The translations under genes and the position numbers were made by a program. The notes below the pieces were generated by a model that was not told the DNA's origin, searched no databases, and was given only the letters and a program-made list of their open reading frames with translations. Source: Vicugna vicugna (Eukaryota). From it: DNA of 64,000 bases. This document shows positions 26,712 to 40,254 of this stretch, piece after piece. Positions within the stretch are counted from its first letter, which is position 1; every line of letters begins with the position of its first letter. Location: contig MU058065.1 in assembly GCA_013265495.1 (NCBI GenBank), forward strand, positions 372,001 to 436,000, written 5' to 3'.

Positions 26712-26968
26712 TCAATACAGAATAACGGCTATACATTACATATGAAAGTTAAGAGTGTAAGTCCTAAGAGTTCTCATCACAAGAAGAACATTTTTCCCAA
26801 ATTCTTTAATTTTATGTCTATATGAGAGGATGGACGTTCCTTAACTTATTGTCATAATTATTTCATAATGTATGTAAGTCATCATTCTGTATACCTTAAA
26901 CTTATACAGTGCTGTATGTCAATTAATATCTCAATAAAACTGGGAAAAAGTAAATAAAGAAAATAAAA
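26712..26968 (+). mobile_element. L1 3' end (L1MA9-like/laurasiatherian)
   Basis: cctaagagttctcatcacaag...ccttaaacttatacagtgctgtatgtcaattaatatctcaataaaactgg plus A-rich tail. Confidence 0.88.
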
Positions 26969-27139
26969 TGTGTCTTTTCACTTCCAAGAGTAAAATTACA
27001 CCTGAGTTTCTTTCTCACCTTGAGATTTTGCTTAATCTACTCTATTCTGTTGACTTTCTCCACTGGCTTTTTCTATTTTGCTTACTAGTGGGTCAACATT
27101 TTCCAAATTAAAAAAAAAATACTTGTAATCATTATTTAA

Positions 27140-27390
27140 AGACAATATAGTCAGGCAAAAGCCTGAGCTATAGTAAGTTCAAATCCCAGCTCATCTAAAT
27201 AACGTCTGGATACATTGGGCAAATGACTTCCCACATCTGTTCTTCAATTGTTTTCATCTGGAAATTTGGGCTATAATGGTTGTATTTGCTTCATATAGTT
27301 GTTGAAGGGTTAAGTGAATTAATATATCTGTAACACACTCAGGATATTGCCTGGCACATAGTAAGGCTGAATAAATGTTATCTATTATTG
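27140..27390 (+). mobile_element. MIR SINE
   Basis: gttcaaatcccagctc...ttttcatctggaaattt...tgcctggcacatagtaaggctgaataaatgtta. Confidence 0.85.
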
Positions 27391-28164
27391 TTATCATTCC
27401 TCAACTATTCAATCTGTTTCCTCTTTTTTGTTCTTATCTCATCATCAACAAAAAAGAAGTTATTTTTTGAAACCATTGCATTGGACTGACAGACTGTTTT
27501 TCACTTCTGGTTCTGCTGTTTTTCCTTTCTTGTCCCTTTCTTTCATGCCACTTATTCTGATGAAACTTAGAAAGGGAAAGGCCAATGAGGATCAAAATAT
27601 TACATATTCCTCAGATCTGTTTTAACTCATCTTCACCTGTGATAATCAAGGGTATCTTTAACTGTTTATATCTACCCAGGGCGGTGATTTTTCTACAACT
27701 TTTGTAATGGGTGCAGATTTGATCCCTGTGTTTTTAACTGCCAAGTTTCAACAATTACATTCACAGAAAATTACATAAAGACACGCAAACTCATTTCTGA
27801 ACACTCCATTTTACAAACACAAAAAAATCCAACTTTACATAAATAATGGATATATATTTGTATGAGTGTACTCATTATATTTTCCTTTGAAAAACTGTTC
27901 AATAGAATCCTCATTATTTTCTGTTTTCTCACTTGTGATGCCTTAACATTCTCCAACACTTTTCTTGGGAAGGTTAAGTTAAATGATTTGAGTACAACAC
28001 CAAGTTAAATGATTTGAGTACAACTCAGAATTCAAACTCTGGAACAATATCATTATAACTGTCAACAAATTGTTCTGATTATAAAACGTATAGATGCTTT
28101 ATTTACCCAAGAAGCAATTCAAACCCTTGAAACAATGATTAACTCTACAGAGAGGACGTAGGGA

Positions 28165-28312
28165 AGGAGTTGCAAACTACAGCCCAGCTGCTCAGTCTGG
28201 CCCATCACTTTTGTAAATAAAGTTTTATTGGCACATAGCCATGCTCACTCATTTGCATATTGTCTTTAGGTGCTTTTTGCCTTATGGTAGCACAGTTGAT
28301 TATTTGTGGCAA
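28165..28312 (+). mobile_element. MER58A (hAT-Charlie) fragment
   Basis: gcaaactacagccc...ttttgtaaataaagttttattggcacatagccatgctcactcatttgcatattgtct. Confidence 0.85.
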
Positions 28313-28725
28313 CCTGAAGTTGTCTTACAAAGAGTAAGGAGAATGATGTTAATCCTGAGGACAAGTGAGAACCATCTCAGATGCCAAGATCTGGGGAGAA
28401 ACAATTGAAGCTTTGAGAAATTGTTAATCTCTTTTGCTCTGTTGGTACCTTCTGTAGTGCTATTTAGGAAAAAAAAATCTTTTGTATTTTCTTGGTTAAA
28501 AGTAAATCTGTTTTGCACATCTCCTTCTATTGTAGAATTGGCCCAGGTGAAAAAAAAACAATTTCCATATTGTCCACACACAAAAGCAACAATCAGTGGT
28601 TTTAATTTGCTTAAAAATACTCTAGAAGAAGTATGAATCATGATGTACAACAACATGAGATACTGTGATCCATTCTGGTCTACAGCAAGCATGGCATCCT
28701 TATTGTCCACCTTTAGAGATCTGGC

Positions 28726-31150
28726 TCATTCATTTATTCAAAAGCTATTTACTGAATGACTGTGCTGTTCCAGCACCCTATTCCACATACTTGAGATTCA
28801 ACAACAAAACAAACAAACAAAGCTGGTCAGTCTACCTTGAGGGAGCCCACAATCTTGTAAGTCACACGGCATTTTAGAAGTAGATAGGGATGATGGAGAG
28901 AAGTAAGGCAAAGGAAGGGAATCAGCACCACTGGAAAAAGGGTGGTAAGGTCAACCTTACAGAGGAGACGACGTTTTTCAAAGACTTGAAGGAAGTGAGA
29001 AAGTGGATCATCCAATCCAGTAAGTGCAAAAGTCTGAGGTAAGAGCATGCCAGGCATATTCTACTACTCTACGAATAGCAAAGAGACAAACATGGCTGGG
29101 GCAGAACTACTGAAGGGAAAAATAATAGTCAGTGTGATGGTGATGTCATGGGGAGCAGTTCAGATCATGTAGGACTGTAAGTAGTTTGGATTTTCAGCTG
29201 GATGAGATGGGAAGACAATGTATAATTCTAAGCAAAGGAATGACATATTCTGCTGTATGTTTTTAAAGAATTACTCTGAATGATTGACTAAAAGGTGACA
29301 TGATGATGTTGAGAAGCTGTCTCAGTAATCCAAGGGAGAGATGATGTGGCTTAGGCTGTGTGGTATCAATGCCAACCGATGAGATGTGAGGTTTATTTGG
29401 GGATAGAGTCAACAGGACTACGGATGAACTGGATGTGGGAGAGAAAAAAGAAGTCAAGGGAGATTTGAAAGTTTTTAAACTTAGCAGCTGGAAAGATGTG
29501 ATTATTCTTACCAGAGACGGGAAGACTTCTCTTCTGAGGAAGAAGAGAAGTTCAATGTTGGTCCTAGTGAGTTTTCAATGTCTGTTAGATGTTGAGTACA
29601 CAGCTAGTTATACCAGAATGAATGAAGAATGAGAAGAAAATAGGAATAAGGACGGAGAACTGGGGAATTCCAGTGTAGAGTGGCCAGAGAGATGAGAATG
29701 GAGACAGAGAAGGAAGGATTGGTCTGTTGGCAGGAACGTGGGGAAAGCCAAAGGGAGGAAGGGCTGGTAAGGAAGAAAGAAAGTGTTAAGTATGGCTGAC
29801 TGGTCAAACCTGTGAAAGACATCAGAGGTGATCTTAACAGGAATGCTTTGATGGAGTGGTGGGAGTAAAATCTAATGAGTAGATTTAAGAGAAAATAGGG
29901 TATGAGGAATTGTATAAGACAAGTATAGACAACTCTGTGGAGGAATTTTGCTAGAATTAGAAAAGATGGGACAGTAACTGGAAGAGGAGTCATACTACTA
30001 TCAAGAAGGTTTTGTTATTTTTATAAGATGTGAAGAATAACAGCCTGCTTTATGTAGATGGAATGATCCAGGAGAGAGGGAAAAACTAGTGAAACAGAAA
30101 AGAGTGGATAGTTACTAGAACAACATCCTTGAGTAGTCAAGAGAGGATGAAAGCTGGTGCACAGGTGGAATATGTTGATCTTAGAAGTGTACACAATTTG
30201 GAGAAAGTAGAGGGCAGGCAGAGTGTAAGTCAGATGCTGGTAGGTGACTAGAAGTAATGGTGGGAGTAATGGAGGGTTCTGATTTTTTGTTTGTTTGTTT
30301 GTTTTTAACGTAGAAAGCAAAGTCATCAGATAAGAGTGAAGACTGGAACAGATGTGTGGAATTTCCTGATAGCTACTCAGTGGGGTGAGAGGAGGAGTAG
30401 AGTAGGGAAGTCTAGAATGATTGTCTTGTTGCAGGAAGGGGCCCCTGAGAATAGTAGCCACAAATTTAAATTGTATTAGAATTTTTAAGCCATATTTAGC
30501 TCTTCTGATGTAGGCCAGAACTGGGTTGACATTTGGTCTTAACCAGGGTTGTTTTTGCCAAATGAATAAAATGACAGTAATATGAATATGAGTAATATGA
30601 AATAGAGTATTCAAGGTATATTCAAGGGAGAGATGAGGTTCTGGTAAGAGCCAGGCATTTCAGTTAAACTGAAGTCAAAGTGTGATATTCTTGGAGTTGA
30701 TTTATAGAGGTGCTGTTGTTTTTGGTAATAGTGAGGTCAAACTGATTCAGTAGCAGAATCACATGACGGGCTTGTTAAACAGAAATTTCTGGACCCTAAC
30801 CTGGCACTTCCTGATTAAATAGGTCTGAAGTGAGGTCTGAGAATGTTCAGTTTTAGCAAGTTCCCAGGTGATAGTGAGGCTGGACTTTGAGAACCACTGG
30901 TCTGGTGTATGAATATGGTAAGTAAATGGCTGAGGCATGTGGAAGAACATGATCATCAGAATGAATGTGTTCAAGGATCTAAGAAGCTAGAATGCTGGAT
31001 GTAGCACCTATTTAGGAGAAAGAAAAGGCAAAGAGAGAGGAGCAATGGGTCTAGGAGCTATAAGTCACTGAGAAATGAGAGAGATGGCTGTCACAGGGAG
31101 GAGAGATGGGTGGGAAAGTTTGACAACATGAGGTTCACAGTTGGATGTTT
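28726..31150 (-). mobile_element. Long L2 fragment (~2.4 kb)
   Basis: Starts with antisense L2 tail tcattcatttattcaaaagctatttactga; continuous purine-rich antisense L2 body. Confidence 0.8.
30745..30899 (-). mobile_element. MER5A (hAT-Charlie) nested in L2
   Basis: agaatcacatgacgggcttgttaaa...agcaagttcccaggtgat...actttgagaaccactg. Confidence 0.8.
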
Positions 31151-31789
31151 TAATGAAGGAAGAGGGACTGTGGAGCTCCAAGGATGGTTGTGTACCCTGT
31201 ACATCTCTAGGGAGTGCTGTCCACATCATGGCTCCTGGGAGGGAGAATAGTCTGTAAATGTCATCAAGACATAGGAATGAACTTAACTCCTTTGATTCCC
31301 AAGCCTACAGTTATGCAAGTTGTCCATATGCTTGAATTATCTCTGCCCTGAAAGGAAACTGCTTTGGCTTGCTTAAAAATTGTGGGGCATTTAGCTCTCC
31401 ATTGAAGTAACCAATGAAGAAGAAATCTATATTGATGTTTAATTTCCACAGATAAGCAGAAATTAAGAAAATTATCTGAGCGTGAAGAAAATATTGGGTT
31501 TAAACTAACTTTGGAGAAGGTTTTTGTTTTAGAGTATCCCTTTGTGTCTGAGTTTGTCTCTTGGTTTCTTGTTTGTTTGGCTTTTTGCTTTTCCTGATAC
31601 TTACTGTATTTGAGGTCTTTTAAAGAAAAATTATATGCTTCATGTTTTCCCTAAAGTGTTTGAGACATCTTAGTTATATTATGAGCTTGTTTTTATGAGT
31701 TTGGAAAATATACTCAAACTGCAATAGCAATGGGTAAATAATTGAGGAAATTATATGTGAGGGGTGATATAAAGTAATTTACTTTTCAT

Positions 31790-32870
31790 GGCTTAATTAT
31801 TGAGCTATAATTGTATACAATACAATGTGTGGATCTTAAGTGTTCATGTTGAGGAATTTTGACAATTTTGACAATTGTATTCAGTTGAATAGCCATTATT
31901 GAAAACAAGATTTCCATCACCACAGAAAGGCCAGTCATGACCTTTTCTATTCCTTGTCCCTTGTCCTTGTCCAAATGGCCACAGCATCCTGACTTTTACT
32001 ATCGTAATCTTGCCTATTCTTGGCAGTCAAATAAAGAGGACCATAGATGCGTATTTTTGGTGTATGTGTGTGACTGTGTGTGTGAGTATGCGTGTGTAGC
32101 TTTTTTCTCTCAACGTAATATTTAGGATTCATCCATGCATAATCAGAGATTCATCCATTGCTGTGGTCTGTCTTCATAATCCATTTCTTTTTATTACTAA
32201 GTAATTCTACAGTATGGATAGATCACAATTTGGGTATTTTGGTTATTTTCATATCTGGGCTATTATGAACAAAATAGCTATTAATGTTCATGGACAAAGG
32301 TTTTAACTTTTCTTAGATTCAGAATTTAAGACTGTCTGGATGATACGTTGGCTGTATATTTAATCTTTTAAGAAACTGCCACACTGTTTTCCAAAGAGGC
32401 TGAGCCATGTTACATCCCCACTAGCAGTGTTTGAGAGTTTCAGTTCCTCCACAAACTCTCCAGTACTTGGTATGTTTGATCTGTTCAATTTTAGCCATTC
32501 CAATTTGTGTATGGCTCATTGTGGTTTTAAATTTTTATATCCTTGATAGATAATGATGTTGAGCATCTTTTTACATGCTTACTGTGAAGTGTCTGTCCAG
32601 ATCTTTAACTCATTTTGTAATTGGTTTGTTTATTTTCTTATTATTGAGTTTTGAGTGTCCTTTATGTGTTCTTAATGCAAATCCCTTTTCAGATATATCA
32701 TTTGCATGTTTTTATTCCCAATTTGTGACTGTTCTTTTCGTTCTCTTTATGCTGTTTTTTGAAGAACAGAAACTTTAATTTGGAAGTCTAATTTATTAAT
32801 TTATACTTTTATAGGTTATGCTTTTGGTTTTGTATCTAAGAAATCTTTGCTCAATCCAAGGTCACATAGC
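31790..32870 (-). mobile_element. Old L1 (L1MC/ME-like) 3' region
   Basis: ttattgagctataattgtatacaat...aagaaactgccacactgttttccaaag...aatgatgttgagcatctttt...aaatctttgctcaatccaaggtcaca. Confidence 0.85.
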
Positions 32871-33084
32871 TTAAGCTTGAATATCTGTAGGTTTAACATA
32901 TAGGCATTAACAAGTCCAGAACATTATTGTCCAAAGGCTCTTTAAAGTCTATCTTAAATAAATATAGTGATGAGACCCATTACTACAGAGACGATATAAA
33001 TGTATGAACAAAATTGAAGCCCATTTAAATTATTTGGCTTTTACGTGAAGCTTATTTAAAGTATCTTTCATTTGGTCATGGTAG

Positions 33085-33330
33085 AAATTGTGCTATTGCT
33101 GCTAGTTATCCGTCGCCCTCGTTGCAAGAAGATTATGTATTCTTATTCCTTTCTCTGAGAGCCACAATGCCTTTCTATAGGAGAGATCTGCATTCTCATC
33201 CCATTGACTCAGCTTTTGTCATAGAAATGTGAGTAGGAGTAGAAGTGACCGTATGTGACCTGAAACTTCAGGAGCCATTGTCTGAGTCTTCCACTGCTCT
33301 TTCTCTTTGCCCAAGATTAGAGTAACGGCT
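33085..33330 (+). mobile_element. MLT1H/I-like LTR fragment
   Basis: catcccattgactcag...agaaatgtgagtaggagt...ttcaggagccattgtctgag. Confidence 0.5.
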
Positions 33331-33499
33331 ACTAGGTGAACCTGCTCACTGAATCGTTTTTTACGAACATAGCACCTGAAGTTTTATTTGAGTGCAATTT
33401 AAATATTTGGGAACTGTGGTTGGCACCATTCTTTTATAATTCTAATATATGTGTGGAAACTGATAATGAGTTGACAACTATTTGGTGAAATAAGGCTAT

Positions 33500-33890
33500 T
33501 GTATTAAGGCAACGTTTAAGATGTTCTGATAAAAAGACTCCCAAAATTCAATGGCTTGAAAAGAGAGAAGTTTTTCATTTCTCATATAATGATCCATCCA
33601 CTCTTGCCTGGTGGGGAATCTGAAATCATTAAGGAACTTGGTTTCCATCCATCATATTCTTCTACCAACTGGATCACAGTTCTTTTCTGGATAATAAAAT
33701 TTAGGCACTAACTTATCTATACTTACAGCTCATGATAAGAGGGAATGAGAAGAGGTCTGAGACATGACATTTCTTCTTAAATAAATAACTTGGAAACGTG
33801 CGTAGATGATTTTAACTCATATTCTATTGCAAAGGAAGCTAAAAATGTAGTGTCTAGCAGGTTTCCCATGATTCCAGCCAAAACTAAAAG
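33500..33890 (-). mobile_element. MLT1J/K-like LTR
   Basis: cccaaaattcaatggcttgaaaagagagaagtttttcatttctcat...ctcatattctattgcaaaggaagctaaaaatgtagt. Confidence 0.55.
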
Positions 33891-34974
33891 AAAAAAACGC
33901 TATTACCACAAGGAAGAACAGAGTTGATGAAGGGAGACAGAAATCCTCATCTCACTGTTAGCTGGGGATCCATGTCATTAGGTCTCCACGCACATTGCAC
34001 TTTTCAGATTTTTCAGCTGAAAGAAACTCTAGAAGCTGGTACACTGAGGCTTCTGAGAGAAACAAATATCTATCTTAACCTTTAGCTTTTTGAGAAGAGA
34101 GAATTTAGAGCTCCTCTTGGCTGTCTGCTTTATTATGCAGAGACACTAAATCATGAAGTTCTTTACAATGCTTGGCACATAGAAGATGCCTGATTTAAAC
34201 AATATTCAATGAATGCATAATATATTTATTTGCCTTTTAGGAGAGTGCTTGTTAGAAAATATTCAATGCATGTTTGTTGACTGTGGAATGAGTGGGTGGT
34301 TAAGTAAATTATCAATTATTAAGTATAAACAGGCTTTCTATTGAAAACAGTGAATGGAGCACATGGATTTATTTCTTCTGCCTCCAGAGATTAAATAAAA
34401 ATGATAGTAAAAGAATAAAAATCAAGTATGAGCCTAGAAAAAATATAACTTGGGCAAACTTAAGAAAAAGGTATTTCAACCATTTCCTTGAATGGTGGAA
34501 TAAAGAACAGTCACAGACTTGAGCTCTCTCAGAGATGGATGCAGTCAACAAGACATCCAGTTCTCAGAGGCTGCAGGGATGAGAAGGAGACTGAAAACAA
34601 AGGAGCTAGTTTAAAGTCTGTACATGGACCATTCAGCTCTACCCAAATCTCTTCTTTCTTTAGTTCCCAAGGGAAAAAAAATCAGTTTTTTTTCCCAAAC
34701 TGTGCAACCCATCCACTCCCCCAAACTGAAGTTTTTGTTAAAGAAATTGAATCAACATCAGCTTTCAGGTCTGTGGTGTGTAGTGAGATTGATGTCCCAG
34801 AGCAAAGCTTCCACACCTGGTGGCCTGGGCAGCCACTGGCCTCAAACAGGCAAAGAGCTCGAAAGCCCAAGATCCCCACAAGGCACATGGAAAAGACGTG
34901 GAGATACCGTCACAAGAATAAAGTGACTTCTAAGATGGCTCAGGCTAAAAGACAGAGGAGCAGCAATTTTCTTT

Positions 34975-35324
34975 TTCAGTGGACTGGGTTATGCCCCTCC
35001 TCCTCCATCTAATCATCAAATTCACATGTTGAAGCTCTAGCCCTCACTGTGACTATATCTGGAGATACCGTCTTTAGGAGGTAGTTAGGTTAAATGAGGT
35101 CATAGGGGTGGGGCCCTAATCTGATACTACAAAGGGGAAGAGCTCTCTCTCAGCTACGTGAGGACCAAGCAAGAAGGCAGCCATCTGCGAGCCAGGTTCT
35201 CACTGCAACTCAACCCTGCTGACAACCCGGATATTGAACTTCCAGCCTCCAGAACTGTGAGAAAATAAATTTCTGTTGTTGAAGCCTCTCAGTTGATGGC
35301 TTTTGGTTATGGCTGACTGATACA
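34975..35324 (+). mobile_element. MLT1A/B solo LTR
   Basis: caaattcacatgttgaagctcta, ttaaatgaggtcataggggtggggccctaatc, ttccagcctccagaactgtgagaaaataaatttctgttg, ending in taca. Confidence 0.9.
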
Positions 35325-35864
35325 CCTTTCATTGTGAACTCTTCTTTGCTGTTTGGTTTTTAATAAAATGTGGGTGTCTAATCACTTTGAAAAGCTATGA
35401 CAAAACAACAACATGGACAAGAAGTAAACAAGACCTTCCAGCTGGTATAGAGCAGATCTACCATCTACCAGCTTCTCTTTTAACAATTGAAGGAAAGTCC
35501 AAAGAGCAAAAAGCTTTGCCTGGGGTCACCTAATGTGAAATACAGCTTGTTTAAAACCTACGATTTTTTTGATCCTGGGTCCATCACTTCCAGTGTTTGC
35601 TACATATTCCGTAATAGACTTCCATTTTAAACAGATTTACTAATTCAAATGTTTTGACCAGTTTGAAAACTTGCACTGCATACTGATTTAAGGTTGCTTG
35701 GTTACATACAATGACTTTTAAATATTTTGATAGCTTGAAAGGAAAATTATTTGTATGGATTACTTACACAAGGAAAATGATATGATATCCAACACAGAAC
35801 ATTAACACTCCAAGGAATTTAGAAATAGATTGAGCATCATCATGTGAACATTTTTGAGAAATTG

Positions 35865-36010
35865 CCTAGTATAGTGAAAAATTATGAAAAGGTTTGAATT
35901 GTGGCTCTTCCATATACTATCTGTGTGACAGTGGCGCTCACTGAAATTTTCTGAGCCTCAGTTTCTCCATCTGTAACGTGAGGACAAGGCTTGATACCCT
36001 ACAAGGATGA
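35865..36010 (+). mobile_element. MIR fragment
   Basis: tctgagcctcagtttctccatctgtaa MIR core. Confidence 0.7.
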
Positions 36011-36944
36011 ATTAGGTAATGAATCATTTTTGACTAGGTGCCTCCTACTTTTGGCTTTTTGATAGCTGACCTTAATTTTCTCCCTGTTCTGACAAGTAGT
36101 CAGTTTCACATATTTATTCCTTGCCTTCCTGCATCTATTGAAGAGGACTCAGAAAAACAGGCTGAGATTTCTAGAATATTTTAATAATGCAGCCCTCCTG
36201 GTATTCTCTTAATTGGTCTCAGATGTTATTTGCTAACTCTGGAATTCCATATAGATTCTTTGTGAAAGAAATAAAATAAATTTAACACTGTAAAAGCTGT
36301 GGGTTTTTTTTTTTTTTTGGTGTTTAGAGGAATCTTTTTTTCTATTTTCTATTTCAAAAAAATCCTGTAATGTAAGTAAAGCTATTGTAACATTCATATG
36401 AAAATGTCAAACAGATAACATTTTGTGTCCAAGTGTATGTTAATCATTTAATTATTTGTCAGTTTAGGGTTACAGCTATCCAGCCAAGAATCTTTAATTG
36501 TCATCGAAATGGTCATATTTTTTATCCCTTTGTCATTTTTACATCTCTTGTCAGAGGACTTGCTGACATAATGGGATGCTGATGTCCCCAAGCAAACGAA
36601 CTTTGCAAGACCACCAATCCAGGCAGATGCGCGAGTCCCTGCCCTCTCCGCATACCTGTTTTCTTTGAGCAGGCAGCCAACTGTGCTTTTCAGTGTTTCT
36701 GGTTTTGTGCCAATCTCCTCGAACCAATTTCCTGATTTAAAAACCACATGCGACCTTTTTCCATATTTACCGTTTGGATTGAAGGAATTTATATGGTTGA
36801 TCTCATTTCTGAAACTAGGAAACAAAAAAGAAAGAAAGATTTGAGTTTATAGTAAAGTTAATTACCCACCTACGTGTTCCCATGGACTTGGCATTCCCCC
36901 ACGACTTCTCAGGGTCATCAAAATACAGAACCCGTTGGGTTGCA

Positions 36945-37110
36945 AGCATAGCGTGGCTAAGAATGAGGACTCAAGTGTCAGATTGTTTGATCTTGGGTAT
37001 ATAATTAAGCCCTATAATTATTAAGGAATTAGTTTCCTTATCTGTGATAGTTGGATAGTAATATTATTACCACCTAGAATATTTGTAAAGAGACAATGGA
37101 TGGAAGTGTG
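36945..37110 (+). mobile_element. MIR fragment
   Basis: agcatagcgtggctaagaatgaggactc...agtttccttatctgtga. Confidence 0.6.
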
Positions 37111-37261
37111 TAGTAGCATTTTCCCTGAGTCACAGTCAGCAGTCAGAACACACTGCCTCTAACTGCCATAGATCCTGTGCTTGAAAGAACTTAAAAAAGT
37201 ATGTGTTTGTAAAATAAGAACGAGTCCTGGCCAGAAGAATCCTACTAAACCTGACTCTTTC

Positions 37262-37350
37262 CTTAATAAAATATTAATAAATTTATATTAATATATATTT
37301 ATATTATATTATATTATAAATTAAAAATTTATAATAATAAAATCAAAATG
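37262..37350. repeat. AT-only low-complexity tract
   Basis: About 80 bp of A/T: ttaataaaatattaataaatttatattaatatatatttatattatattatattataaa. Confidence 0.9.
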
Positions 37351-38994
37351 ATTAGTATACTTTTTTACTGTAGAAACCAATACTAAATGTATTTCACAAA
37401 TGGTGGAGTTCCCAGTATGTATGGATGGGCAGGGCTGGTAAAGTAGACATGCGTTAAGTCCATGCTTTTCAGGAGCTCACAATCTAGGGGAAGAGAAGGA
37501 ACTATAAATAAGCTGCAAAAGTTTAAACAATAAAATGAAACACAATGACAAAACTCACGTTGGTGCTGAATTTGCATATGGAGCAACTACTGTATTGTTA
37601 GTACATGGCGGAAACACACAAAGTCAAAGTCATCAAGAACATAATTCAAAATGGGAGCTGGATTTTAGCTTTGAATTGAATAATCGAGTGAATCAGAATT
37701 GATATCTTAAATGCTCTATTTGAAGAAACTCTTGTAATCTTTTGGATAGACGACAGAAAACCACTGCACGTATTCACTCGCATTGCCTTACATGGTTTAG
37801 GGAAGTGAAGCCAAAAAACATCTACAAGATCTTCTGCTAACTGTCATTTATGTGAGCCAACAGAGAGAATTAGTTTGCACATCCATATCAAATGGCCACA
37901 CTCTCCACTCCCCAATTCTTTATATAGCCGTCATGAAACAAAGATATGTCTAATTGGCTTTGCCAGCAGTAAGGGATAAGCTGTCTTTTTTTTTTTTTTC
38001 ATCTACATTGGCTGCAACGATCATTCTTAATTTGATACAGAACATTTAGTTTCCTCTAACGAAGATCCCTGTTAAAAGGGGTCCATCTGCAGATGCGTTT
38101 TTGCATAGAGTCTCCAAAACGCAATGGCATCTGGAAAGTCTCTGGTGTGGCGGAAACTTGTGATTTTAGGACACGTGACTGGTATTTCCTTTAGGGGTGT
38201 AAGTGGCTCAAATGGCTCAAGATAGAATGCCACTCTATGCCTGGTATTACATTATGCACCGTCAGAAACCCCAACACTGATTTATTATTTGTTATTGATG
38301 TGTTTTACACCAACTAACAGCTTACATGAAATAGACCCTAACTCAGTTCCAAACATTGTATCATTAATATATTTCTTAGTTAACCTGTTAACTAAAAGTT
38401 ATTGTATTCAACATAATTAAATTTTGTTTCCAACATGGTGGGAAACCCCACTTAAATTTTTTCCTTTATTTCTTCTATTCTCATAGCTGTCCCTATAGAA
38501 GTCAAATTTTAATAATAGGACAAGATAGCTGGGAGTTTGCACCTTAACTTCTATTGCTCTTTGTATAATAAAATTAAATTTTGCTGCATCTGTAAAAATA
38601 GAGATAATATGTAGTTAAACTGCACACTTGAAAGTCTTGTGACATTTCACACAAGTGGTTGATAATGTCATTCCTGTCATAAATAAATGGAAACAACTGA
38701 GAGGTTTATGATCACAAGTCAATTTTTTTAATGTTGTTTACTATGGAGCTTGTTATTGAAGTTTATTTCTGGGCTATATATTTATTAACAGAAATATATA
38801 TGCAGTAGAGAAGGAAGAAGTAGGAAATCATAGTGTTCACAAGCTCACTCTTACCACTTTATACTCTGCACTGCATTCACTATTTGTTCCTTAACTTTCT
38901 TATACTTTTAGCCAACTTCTTCTTTTTCCTATTAGAACATTCTTTTGAGAGTAGATTGTTCTGTTAGAACCCATTTTGTACTAAGAGAAACATA

Positions 38995-39470
38995 GTTGTA
39001 CCTAAACTTTCTTAGGCAAATGGGGGCAATTTATTGACTCATGCAACACGCATTGTGTAGGGCAGGATTCAGGTGAGGCTTGAGTCAGTTGCTTACAATA
39101 TGTTGCCTTCCTTTTCAGTCTCTAGACTCAGGTTCCACTTGGCTCCATTCTCATACAGGTTCTCTCCCTGTAGCTTCAAAATGGCTGTCTAATGGTGCAT
39201 TGTAGTTTCAAGTCTAACTAAATAGAGTTAAAAGTCTTTTTCCTACAAGTTCCAGCCAAAGTCCATGCTTCTGTTTAGCTTTGATTGACTTGTTTGCACT
39301 TCTCTGAACCAATCACCATCGCCAGGCTAGTGGTTTGCATTTGCCATGTTTCTCCTTTGCTAAGGGTGACCAGAAGGTAAATTCCCGAACAATATTCTGG
39401 AGCTAATATTGGAGAAAGGAGAAGTGCATGCAGAGACTGAAAACAAACAAACAAACACAAGAATGTCCAC
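38995..39470 (-). mobile_element. MLT1K/L-like LTR
   Basis: atttattgactcatgcaac...ttggctccattctcatacagg...ctctgaaccaatcaccatcgccagg. Confidence 0.65.
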
Positions 39471-40254
39471 TACACAAGGGGCGCTTGGGTGTTCCTGCCA
39501 GTGACAATTTAGGCTGTGGTATGAATGACTGTGCTGAAGAATGATTAAATGAAGGTGACCTTGGAGGCACGTCAACCTTTCCAATGCACATACCTAATAT
39601 TCCCAGAATTTAGTTTCCCAGAGTGGCTGCTGCTGCTCTCTGTGGTATGTGATTCTGGACCACAGTGGTTTTCTCAGCCTGGAATTACAGCCTGAACAGC
39701 ACATTACATGGAACATCAGCCTTCCCTTCTCCCTTTCTTCACCTCTGCCATTTCCCTCCCAATCCTCTTTAAGCAGTGCCCTTTCTCACCCTTTCCTTGT
39801 CATAGTCAGTACTCAAACAACTAATACTGTGGTTTCTATTAGCTTAGTGCACATTTCATGTAAGCTTTTCAGGATATAAAATTTGGAGCTTGCTCTTTAT
39901 TAGGGAAAGAATTGGCAAACTGATTTCAATGGCAAGAAGTGTAGTGGGATGTGGGGGCCTCCTTCTAGAGTCAGTGGAAACCTTTTACCGAATATACTTA
40001 TGAAGTGCACATATAAAGACAGCCCTAATAGGAAAGAAAGAGGGTCTTTGTTGAATGAGGCTGAATACAGATCATATTTTAGAGAACTGCAGAAGACTTA
40101 ATTTTGGAGTCATCCTTCTACATTGGTATCTCTCTAGGAAGGGTACTGGAATAATACTGCATTTGATAGTATTTTTTATTTGAAACTATAAGCTTTGAGG
40201 TTTTTGTCTCTTTAGTGAGCCAGGAACTAATCAGCCTGATAATGAAATATTTTA

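Noticed and set aside
30021..30614. Longest ORF in the track (197 aa, minus strand)
   Set aside because: Lies wholly inside a decayed L2, has a compositionally biased translation and shows no recognisable domain
34488..35012. 174 aa ORF
   Set aside because: Non-ATG start, crosses homopolymer runs, ends in an MLT1 LTR, no recognisable homology
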